Part shown: one piece after another, positions 56,619-64,000 of the stretch | How positions within the stretch are numbered: the stretch's first letter is position 1 | Layout of the letters: each line of letters starts with the position of its first letter | IMG/VR virus record: IMGVR_UViG_3300027861_004722 | From: an uncultured virus (IMG/VR IMGVR_UViG_3300027861_004722) | Taxonomy: Duplodnaviria > Heunggongvirae > Uroviricota > Caudoviricetes | Strand: one strand, 5' to 3' | DNA: 64,000 nt | Translations under genes and position numbers: made by a program | The notes under the pieces: generated by a model | The model's input: the letters and a program-made list of their open reading frames with translations, nothing else | Database searches by the model: none | Told to the model about the DNA's origin: nothing

Positions 56619-56831
56619 ATGAGTTTGATGGCCCAAGGTTTACTAGAGTCTCTCGGAAAAACACACTGGGATATCCTAAAGGGATCCTATACTGACAAAG
56701 GTATAGAGAAATGGCTCTTTAGGTCCCGCACACAACTAGGGGGCCAGTCTCCAGCACAATGTATAGCTGCCCCCTGTGGAGACCAGCTTCAAAAATTGAA
56801 GATATTAATAGAGGGAGCCCTGCTTCAATAA
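56619..56831 (+). CDS. Xre/MbcA/ParS antitoxin C-terminal-like small protein
   Basis: KWL.R.R.QLGGQSP...I pattern; 70 aa. Confidence 0.5.
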   Translation: MSLMAQGLLESLGKTHWDILKGSYTDKGIEKWLFRSRTQLGGQSPAQCIAAPCGDQLQKLKILIEGALLQ

Positions 56832-56846
56832 TTGCTATAATAGGGC

Positions 56847-57554
56847 ATGAGCTATTTCCGACCGTATTTTAGAAACCCTAAACTGCACCCACCAGGCAAA
56901 AGAGGATACGTCCGAGCCGGTCGTAAAAATATAAAAAATGCTTGGAAGGCTGTAGCAGATGAAAACCTATTGGTTATAGGCCCCTTTCCCCCTATATTTC
57001 ACGCCCCCGGAACGCATATCCTGTATCTCTTAAAAGATCCAGCTGATATGAAAATATTTAATAATATGCTCCGAGGCAAAACAGAAGAATGTATGAAATG
57101 TTCATGGAATAAAAATGGCCCTACACCTTGCTGCGAAGCCTCCAGATTGGAAGTCGAGTGGTATGACCAGGGTGGTACCTATATAGGTCCGTCCAGATAT
57201 GACCCTGATACAGGATATGATGATCCACCGGAATGCGAGTGCGAGTGTGAGTGCTTACGGATCCCCGTATTTCAGATGAGACGAATGATTGGTGGGCCGG
57301 GAACTCTTGAGATGTTTTGGGATATGGCAGCGTCTAAATTGCTAGCAGGCGCAGTTCAATTCATCGTAGAAGACAAAGATTTAGTTATTACACATATGGT
57401 TGTAGATAACCCTTACCAAAGAAATCGCATAAATTCTTTCATGATCGACCAAGTTCAAAAAGAATACCCAGAGAGAAATCTACTTTTTCACGACCTAACA
57501 GACAAGGGGAGATCCTTCATGGAAGGCTATGGCGGTGCCGAATATGGGGCTTAG
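56847..57554 (+). CDS. Hypothetical protein with Cys cluster and C-terminal GNAT-like domain
   Basis: ITHMVV..PYQRNRI.S.M, T.KG..F. Confidence 0.55.
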   Translation: MSYFRPYFRNPKLHPPGKRGYVRAGRKNIKNAWKAVADENLLVIGPFPPIFHAPGTHILYLLKDPADMKIFNNMLRGKTEECMKCSWNKNGPTPCCEASRLEVEWYDQGGTYIGPSRYDPDTGYDDPPECECECECLRIPVFQMRRMIGGPGTLEMFWDMAASKLLAGAVQFIVEDKDLVITHMVVDNPYQRNRINSFMIDQVQKEYPERNLLFHDLTDKGRSFMEGYGGAEYGA

Positions 57555-57823
57555 AGCCCGAAGAGTTTACCAGTAACTTTATAGATCAGGTAAACAAAAG
57601 CACCCCCACCAGCGAGAGTTAGCAAAATACCAAAAGGCGTCATTCCTGCCTCAAAGGTATACCTCTTGAACCCGGGCTCTTTGCCTCCTTGGGATTTTAT
57701 TTCTAGAGAACCTCTACCAACCCTTATAGGTGTAGAGCCTGTGTATAGGTCTTCTTTGGGTCCTAGCTTCGGTATATCATCTCCAAAGCCGTCATAAGCT
57801 CCATATCCTACAGATCTTCTCAT
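57551..57823 (-). CDS. Small protein with C-terminal transmembrane segment
   Basis: MRRSVGYGAYDGFGDD...FGILLTLAGGGAFVYLIYK; TATTAT 6 nt before the ATG. Confidence 0.55.
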   Translation of the reverse strand: MRRSVGYGAYDGFGDDIPKLGPKEDLYTGSTPIRVGRGSLEIKSQGGKEPGFKRYTFEAGMTPFGILLTLAGGGAFVYLIYKVTGKLFGL

Positions 57824-57908
57824 GCTGATATAATAGCACATTATACAGTAATACCCAATTATTTTTTAGAGGGATTGATCCTGATAATAGTTGGTGTAGA
57901 ATATTCCT

Positions 57909-58211
57909 ATGAGCTATTACACCCACTATAATAATGACAGAGCCCTAGCTACCACCACAGAAGTGGTAAACAGGGTCTTTGCTTTCAAAGACAAACTCTA
58001 TTGCTGGGTTGATGGGGAGATATATCAACACGAAGGGCTTGAAAGCTCCGATTGGTCTTGGCAAAAAGTAGACCTAGCCGGTCTACCAGACCAGATAGAA
58101 GTCCGAACAAATGGGGAAATGCGGCTAAGGCCTGCCCCCACTCTATCACAAGAGTGCTTTTGCGAGATGGCTGCGCTAATGCGCAATGGCTGCAATTGCG
58201 GCGGTCACTAG
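57909..58211 (+). CDS. Hypothetical protein with C-terminal CxC-x8-GCxCGG motif
   Basis: Ends CFCEMAALMRNGCNCGGH. Confidence 0.6.
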   Translation: MSYYTHYNNDRALATTTEVVNRVFAFKDKLYCWVDGEIYQHEGLESSDWSWQKVDLAGLPDQIEVRTNGEMRLRPAPTLSQECFCEMAALMRNGCNCGGH

Positions 58212-58243
58212 GTGGCACCCACCCAACAAACAATAAGGAGAAA

Positions 58244-58708
58244 ATGATGAGTAAGAAAGCTGTATTTTTTGGGCGATGGAGTCCCATGCACAAGGGTCAT
58301 GAATGGCTAATTCGTAAGAAACTAGATCTAGGAATCCCCTGTCTGGTGTATGTCCGCGACACGCCTAAGGATGAGAAGAATCCTTTTGATGCAGAAGATA
58401 GAAAGTCGATGCTAGAAGCTACTTTTGCTGGAGAAGATGTCCAAGTAGAAATCTGCCCGGATATTGAATCCGTAAACTGGGGTCGGGGCGTTGGCTATGA
58501 AGTCAATGAACATAAACCACCCGAAGACATTAAATGGATTTCTGCCACAAGAATCCGCGAGTGCATCAAGAATGATGATCCCGATTGGCTTAACTATGTT
58601 GATCCACGAACAGCAGCTTGGCTAAAAGATTATTATGCTAAGGATGAAGAAGAAAAAACCAAGTCTCCTTGCAAAGGCGATGGCTCCTGCAAAAAGAAAA
58701 AAGGCTGA
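58244..58708 (+). CDS. Cytidylyltransferase-like (HxGH) nucleotidyltransferase
   Basis: GRWSPMHKGH, NPF...R, GRGVGY, ISATRIR; AAGGAG RBS. Confidence 0.85.
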   Translation: MMSKKAVFFGRWSPMHKGHEWLIRKKLDLGIPCLVYVRDTPKDEKNPFDAEDRKSMLEATFAGEDVQVEICPDIESVNWGRGVGYEVNEHKPPEDIKWISATRIRECIKNDDPDWLNYVDPRTAAWLKDYYAKDEEEKTKSPCKGDGSCKKKKG

Positions 58709-58715
58709 AAACCCA

Positions 58716-58931
58716 ATGCCTAACTACAAGGTTGTAGTTCATAAAGATAAATTCGGAACAAAACCTGTCTATACCAATAGACAGGTTAGTTCTAAACGAT
58801 TAGCAGAAAAAATTTATGCTCTAACGGTCGAGTATCCGGGTTGTCATATTACTATGTCTCCGGAAATAACTTATATAATTACAAAAAATCAAAGTATCTC
58901 GAAACAGCTTAAAAAATTAACTAAAGCATAG
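58716..58931 (+). CDS. Small hypothetical protein
   Basis: 71 aa ORF in the gene string. Confidence 0.45.
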   Translation: MPNYKVVVHKDKFGTKPVYTNRQVSSKRLAEKIYALTVEYPGCHITMSPEITYIITKNQSISKQLKKLTKA

Positions 58932-58933
58932 AA

Positions 58934-59230
58934 TTAAGGATCAGACTTTAAAGCATCCAATATAAGATCCAACCATTGTTGGACTACTGGCTGCAAGTAA
59001 AAAGCAACAGTATTGGGATCCAGAATCAAAACAAACAAAATACTATACTGATTTATAATCTCTGCACTACTAGTGGAATTAACCACAATATTGACAATCA
59101 AGGGAGATAGCTCAGCACTAACCCTGTTTGCATAAACCCCTACGTCAACTGTATTGACCTCAAGGTCCCCTTTAAGATCCAATAAAATATTTCTAACAGC
59201 CCCAGCTTCTGCCAACATATTCTGGTCCAT
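58934..59230 (-). CDS. Hypothetical protein
   Basis: Start MDQNML, preceded by TTGTAA-17-TATCAT-6-ATG. Confidence 0.5.
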   Translation of the reverse strand: MDQNMLAEAGAVRNILLDLKGDLEVNTVDVGVYANRVSAELSPLIVNIVVNSTSSAEIINQYSILFVLILDPNTVAFYLQPVVQQWLDLILDALKSDP

Positions 59231-59288
59231 ACCCAGATGATACTGGAGGGTTTTGATGATTACAAACATCTTATTTAAATTCCTTCAC

Positions 59289-59317
59289 TTGACAGGGGGC
59301 CACCCCCATGATAAGCT
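59289..59317 (+). promoter_or_regulatory. Strong sigma70-type promoter
   Basis: TTGACA-17 nt-(TG-a)TAAGCT. Confidence 0.7.
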
Positions 59318-59402
59318 TTAAATATGAACTCACGACCTTGACAGAACCGCCCACGAGTGCCTCCCTACTCGTCCTCAAAGCTGGCCCGAGCTTATTTTTG
59401 CC

Positions 59403-59945
59403 ATGCACCACTGCCCACAAACCGAGGGCCAAAGTGTTTTAGAGCATGGTTTTTCCGTTAATCAATATTTCCGAGACATAATTGGACCTTCCCTCTTTCC
59501 ATGGAAGTTGCCTGATTATTTTGATTTTTATAGAGAGCTATTAGTTGCTACTCTCTACCCCCTCGATGTTGTTGATAGATACACTACTTACCACGATTGT
59601 GGTAAGCCCTACTGCATAGTCTCTGATGAATTAGGAAATCATTTTCCTAATCATGCCAAGATCTCACAAGAGACTTACCAAGCGTTAACTGGCGATGCCA
59701 CAGTTTCCAACCTTATTGGTTGGGATATGGTGTTACACACCTGCACCGCCAAAGAGCTTGAAGAATATCTAAATATTTGGACCCCGCAAGATGCGGCTAC
59801 TTTGCTGCTCGTTGCTTTTAGCGAGCTACACAGCAACGCCAGCATGTTCGGCGGCATTGAGTCCCTTAGTTTTAAAATCAAATACAAACGACTTAAGAAG
59901 CGCGGTAAGCAGCTTTGTAAGCACCTCTATGGAGAAATAAAATGA
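59403..59945 (+). CDS. HD-domain protein
   Basis: QSVLEHG, YHDCGKP, HFPNHA..S, DM..H. The start is uncertain. Confidence 0.75.
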   Translation: MHHCPQTEGQSVLEHGFSVNQYFRDIIGPSLFPWKLPDYFDFYRELLVATLYPLDVVDRYTTYHDCGKPYCIVSDELGNHFPNHAKISQETYQALTGDATVSNLIGWDMVLHTCTAKELEEYLNIWTPQDAATLLLVAFSELHSNASMFGGIESLSFKIKYKRLKKRGKQLCKHLYGEIK

Positions 59946-60295
59946 CAGAACCAATAAATTATCACTATACAATTATTCGCACAGATCTGCCTCTAGGGGA
60001 TATGCTTGCACAAACAATCCATGCTGCTGGAGAGACCGCAACACCTCTTCCACCCGAAGGCACACATGCTGTCTGCTTAGCAGCAGACAATGAACAACAT
60101 CTTCTTCAGATCGCCCAGCGACTAATGCGAAGAAGAGTTCCCCACAAACTTATCAGAGAACCGGATTCCCCTTACCATAACCAAGCTATGGCCATCGGAG
60201 TATACCCATCTCAGGATAGAAAATCAATCAAGCGAGCTTTGTCTCGTTTATCACTTGTCACTGAAAGGAAGAAGGATGACAACTATGACCGCTAA
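59942..60295 (+). CDS. Peptidyl-tRNA hydrolase 2 (PTH2)-like protein
   Basis: IIRTDLP.G...AQ..HA, IREPD.P..NQ..AIG..P, L..L.L. Confidence 0.75.
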   Translation: MTEPINYHYTIIRTDLPLGDMLAQTIHAAGETATPLPPEGTHAVCLAADNEQHLLQIAQRLMRRRVPHKLIREPDSPYHNQAMAIGVYPSQDRKSIKRALSRLSLVTERKKDDNYDR

Positions 60296-60749
60296 TGTTT
60301 TAACCGCTGATTACAGGACCTATATTAAACTTCAGTTAAATCTGAAGAGAGCTATGTATAGGAACAAAACAACTCCGTGCTCAGATCTTATCAAAGATCT
60401 GATCACTCAAATTCAAGAACCTGCATTAAGACTCACAGAGTTTGAGAAGGCTTACGCCGAATGGGTTTTGGGCCTCTATGATTTTGACACCGGCCTTGAT
60501 TTCAAAAAGCTTAGGGCCGCTTTAGGGCCTTACATCTCAACTAAGCTAGCTGCTTTTCGCGCCGCTATGCGAGGAAGAATGCACTTTTCCCCCAGCTCAC
60601 GATGGAGTGCTCTATATTGGGAATACAGGCTACCTTTAACTCCCAAGGGAGAAACTATCAATGGTAACCAGGAGTTCGAGCCTATAACCCTAGATCAGCA
60701 ACGGGAGTGGGTAGCTGATCTTGCAGAGACCTTTCGAAAGAAGCCTTAA
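60276..60749 (+). CDS. Hypothetical protein
   Basis: ~157 aa ORF; AGGA RBS. Confidence 0.55.
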   Translation: MTTMTANVLTADYRTYIKLQLNLKRAMYRNKTTPCSDLIKDLITQIQEPALRLTEFEKAYAEWVLGLYDFDTGLDFKKLRAALGPYISTKLAAFRAAMRGRMHFSPSSRWSALYWEYRLPLTPKGETINGNQEFEPITLDQQREWVADLAETFRKKP

Positions 60750-61909
60750 TGAATGAGGATTACAATACCTATATTCATAAGGATAAGCTATATCACGAGC
60801 TAGATGCAAAGATGCTCTGGTCATTGGGTCATTATGATGGCCCAATGACCGGCATTGCCGAGCATGATGGCAAAATCTATTATGCTCATTGCCATCAGTG
60901 TCCCGATACTTGGGCCCCAAGGTATTTCTGGCTTTATCTTCTAACAAAAGAAGAGGAGGCAGCAGAGAGACAAGCTCATGAGTGGTTTCAAAAATACTAT
61001 GGATTTCATACTGACTTCGAAAATGGAGTTAAGCGCCGACGAAAGCCACTCACTACTAAGGAAAAAATCTGGGATGTTCTTCGAATTTTCAAGACAAAAC
61101 CTTGGGAGGCCTGGAGGGCTGAAGAGGTAAAGTTAAGAATACCCTGGCTTAGAGAAGATTACAAAAAAAGAGAAGCTGCTGGCTTCTTCACAATTGAACG
61201 AACAAGAGAAAATTTTTTACAGAAAGATGGTTATATGACTAAAATTGAATTACTTTATCACAGTGGTTACTGGGACGGACCACTATCCGGGGTTTGTCGA
61301 TTCCAAGGCAAGCGACGTTGGTTTAAATGTGTTCATGATTATTTTCAAAAAACTGAAGACGGAAGTCCTTTGGATATGAGAATATATGCTATTTACGATC
61401 TAACTGCCGAAGAGTGGAAAGATGAGGACTACTGGCATAGACTATTTGAAAAGAATGTTGGGACTCATACATCCTATGATGATACTGGACAGCGGAGAGG
61501 AGAAGTATTCTCATCCGACACATATCACAAATTTTATGATGCTTCTAAAAAAGCTAAAAAAGAGGGGACCCGAAAGGCCAAAGAACTTACCGAAGACAAA
61601 CTCATAGGCTATTTTGATAAAAGCGAGATGAAGTTTAGAAGCAGAAAATACCGCAACTATTGGATTGAGGGAGAATCACCTAGCTCAACCCATTCTATTA
61701 ATCCACATATGTGTGCAAATCATGAACTAGTAGAATGGCGTAATAATGCTCAGAAATGGGACCACTTCGACAGTGACTTTGATGGAAAATCTTCTGGCTG
61801 GGCAATTTGTATCCAACCGGATGGCCCAGATCGAGGTAAGCCCTTCTGGATGATTATTAATTCTTGCCCCTGGTGTGGGGCAAAGCTAACAACTCCGAAA
61901 GTCGAATAA
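60749..61909 (+). CDS. Hypothetical protein with tandemly duplicated domain and C-terminal CPWCG zinc knuckle
   Basis: GHYDGPMTG...HEWFQKYYGFHT repeated as GYWDGPLSG...HRLFEKNVGTHT. Confidence 0.65.
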   Translation: MNEDYNTYIHKDKLYHELDAKMLWSLGHYDGPMTGIAEHDGKIYYAHCHQCPDTWAPRYFWLYLLTKEEEAAERQAHEWFQKYYGFHTDFENGVKRRRKPLTTKEKIWDVLRIFKTKPWEAWRAEEVKLRIPWLREDYKKREAAGFFTIERTRENFLQKDGYMTKIELLYHSGYWDGPLSGVCRFQGKRRWFKCVHDYFQKTEDGSPLDMRIYAIYDLTAEEWKDEDYWHRLFEKNVGTHTSYDDTGQRRGEVFSSDTYHKFYDASKKAKKEGTRKAKELTEDKLIGYFDKSEMKFRSRKYRNYWIEGESPSSTHSINPHMCANHELVEWRNNAQKWDHFDSDFDGKSSGWAICIQPDGPDRGKPFWMIINSCPWCGAKLTTPKVE

Positions 61910-61972
61910 TAATCGTCTGTCTTGAATAAGAGCAGGTGGGTAGTATCATTTGGTATAAGGAACTAAGGATAT

Positions 61973-63076
61973 ATGCCCACCTGCGACCATGCCCTCTCGC
62001 AAGAGATGATTCAAAAACTCCTAGATATAGGAGTTCTCCAGTTTAATCTAAAAACTAATTCCCTCAGAATCTCCCCTAATGCAGAGACTCTAGCCTGGGA
62101 AGAATCTCTAGGTTTTGAACATGTTGCCATCAGACAAAAGAAAAATCTCAACAAATCACGCCTAGATGTTAATACCACTTCTGAGATTATAAAAGGTGTT
62201 CATAGACCTATCCCAATGATCGCTGCTAACATGAGCACAGTAACTAATGCAGAATTCTGCATACAACTCTATAAATTAGGGGCCTTCGGTATTTTGCATC
62301 GCGCAGCACCCGAGGATTACTTATGTAATGAGATGAGAAAGATAGCGGAAGAATGCAAATGGGCAGCGGGCTCCATAGGGGTTGGTGAGGCTAGCCTGCC
62401 TATGGCTAGGAAGTTAATAGATAATGGATGTAATATTCTCGTAATAGATATTGCTCATGGTTACAGTGATTCTGTTATTAATATAGCTAGAAAGCTCAAA
62501 GATTTAGCCCCAGATATCAAATTAGTTGTAGGTAATACCACAAATATAGGACTTCTCTTAGAGGCTAAAGATGTAATTGACGCGTTAAAGGTGGGAATTG
62601 CTCAAGGCGCAGCTTGCGAAACCAAGAATACTGCAGGTTGCACGGAGAAGCAATTCAGTGCTACTCTGAAATTCAAACATCTATCTAAAGAACTGGGTAT
62701 ACCTATTATCAGTGATGGTGGCATACGCGAACCAGCAGATTTCACCAAAGCCGTAGCAGCTGGGGCCAACTCTGTTATGGCAGGCAGTGTGTTTGCTCGT
62801 TGCCCAGAAAGCGCTGCCGAAGTCTTGCATAAAGACGGGAATCCTAAGAAAATTTATGCAGGAATGGCGAGTCGATACGTACAGGAGAAGTGGAGAGGGG
62901 GCCTTAAAGATGGCACCTGTCCTGAGGGAGGAGTAAGGCTCCTAGATCTAGGAGAGCCACTAGAATCCCTACTTAAAAGATGGTCCGGTGCTCTTAAATC
63001 AGGGATAACCTATGCAGGTGGCAACGATATCCCATCCTTCCAAAACACAGTGGAGTTTCTTAAACTTAAATCATGA
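61973..63076 (+). CDS. IMP dehydrogenase / GMP reductase family protein (no CBS domains)
   Basis: PMIAANMSTVT, GILHR, IDIAHG, KVGIAQGAACET, IISDGGIR, GMAS, PEG, GITYAG. Confidence 0.9.
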   Translation: MPTCDHALSQEMIQKLLDIGVLQFNLKTNSLRISPNAETLAWEESLGFEHVAIRQKKNLNKSRLDVNTTSEIIKGVHRPIPMIAANMSTVTNAEFCIQLYKLGAFGILHRAAPEDYLCNEMRKIAEECKWAAGSIGVGEASLPMARKLIDNGCNILVIDIAHGYSDSVINIARKLKDLAPDIKLVVGNTTNIGLLLEAKDVIDALKVGIAQGAACETKNTAGCTEKQFSATLKFKHLSKELGIPIISDGGIREPADFTKAVAAGANSVMAGSVFARCPESAAEVLHKDGNPKKIYAGMASRYVQEKWRGGLKDGTCPEGGVRLLDLGEPLESLLKRWSGALKSGITYAGGNDIPSFQNTVEFLKLKS

Positions 63077-63345
63077 TTGATCCAGAATGCGCTATATGTA
63101 GTGAGCTAATAACCGCCATCGAGAGCCTAGAAAAAATAGTTGGGCACATCGAGTGGGGTTGCCAAGGCTCTTCAAAGAAGTCAGATTTCGGACTAACTAA
63201 AAAATATATTATTGAGAGAGTTGGCGAAATTAAAAAAATGCAAAAGTGGCACGAATACTTCCATTCAACGGGCGAGAGCTTGATGGATACGAATCGTGAT
63301 GTAAACTCAGGGGGGAAGCAGCCCCGACGATGGCGAAAGCCTTAG
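63073..63345 (+). CDS. Hypothetical protein
   Basis: 90 aa; ATGA overlap. Confidence 0.5.
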   Translation: MIDPECAICSELITAIESLEKIVGHIEWGCQGSSKKSDFGLTKKYIIERVGEIKKMQKWHEYFHSTGESLMDTNRDVNSGGKQPRRWRKP

Positions 63346-63354
63346 AGGAAATGA

Positions 63355-64000
63355 ATGGCAAGTTTTACAATTAATAGCGGAGAATTCTTGGATGCAATAT
63401 CCGCAATTTTCCCTCTGGTTCCAAATAAACCGCCTAGAGATATTTTAAAGTGCTTCAAAATAGAAGCTAAGCTAGACCACTCTCTACATATCCACACCAC
63501 AGATCTTGAGACCTTTGCAAGCGTAAAACTTGATACAGGTGTAATGGTGCATGTTGAGGGCTCTTTCACTGTTCCAGCCGCAATCTTATTGGAGTATGCC
63601 AAGTCTCTTGATGGGGGCAATGCAGAATTTCTGGTAACCCCAGAAGAAGCACTCAGGATTTCAGAAGGGGAAGCTATTTTCCAGGTAGGGCTACAAGATA
63701 TAGATGAGTATCCTACCTTCCCAGATATCCCAGAAAACTTAACGCAGGTAGGGCTACCGCTACCTGCGCTAGGAAAAGCACTAACACAAGTTACCTTTGC
63801 GGTGGCGGATAAGGGCAGCCCCAGATGGGGAACACTTAATGCTGTTTGTCTGGAGACTAGCGATAGGGAGGTAGCTCTTATTGGGACGGACACCCACAGA
63901 GTTAGTCTAGTAAAGGTAGAAGTAGACGCTGCCTTGCCCGAGGCAAGCTACCTAGTGCCATCCAAAACACTAGCGCTGATTCCCAAAATCTTCACAGAAG
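63355..64000 (+). CDS. dnaN: DNA polymerase III beta sliding clamp (3' partial, runs off the window)
   Basis: MASFTINSGEFLDAI...IL...TTDLE...G...VPA..L.EY.KSL...EYP.FP...QVTFA...L.GTDTHR; GAGG RBS; absent from the ORF track. Confidence 0.88.
   Translation, partial: MASFTINSGEFLDAISAIFPLVPNKPPRDILKCFKIEAKLDHSLHIHTTDLETFASVKLDTGVMVHVEGSFTVPAAILLEYAKSLDGGNAEFLVTPEEALRISEGEAIFQVGLQDIDEYPTFPDIPENLTQVGLPLPALGKALTQVTFAVADKGSPRWGTLNAVCLETSDREVALIGTDTHRVSLVKVEVDAALPEASYLVPSKTLALIPKIFTE

Noticed and set aside
63342..63893. Minus-strand 183-aa ORF
   Set aside because: Antisense shadow of the + strand sliding clamp gene that runs off the window.

Overview
This window is part of a large dsDNA bacteriophage (jumbo-phage-like) genome that uses the standard genetic code, is densely coded and lies mostly on the + strand. 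From left to right it contains: the end of a collagen-like fibre gene and modular structural genes (1-7.2 kb, with a GC-rich mosaic block); two methyltransferases; a glycosyltransferase/amino-sugar/sulfotransferase cluster (9-20 kb); ClpC; replication genes (SSB-like, primase-helicase, PD-(D/E)XK nuclease, class II RNR with a mini-intein, PolA, partial sliding clamp); release factor 1; a minus-strand PrkA-PrkA-SpoVR operon; tRNA-Gly; an RpoD-like sigma factor; and a nucleotide-metabolism block (dut, MazG x2, dNMP kinase, thyA, folA, IMPDH/GMPR). Most striking: the RF1 gene is split by an RF2-style +1 frameshift cassette built on RF1's own stop codon (AGGAG-CAT-CTT-TAG-C), which suggests mirror-image autoregulation. 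Also notable are an exactly spaced C-terminal CxC-x8-GCxCG tag on four unrelated proteins and many apparently leaderless genes. All product calls come from recognising motifs by eye; no database searches were run.
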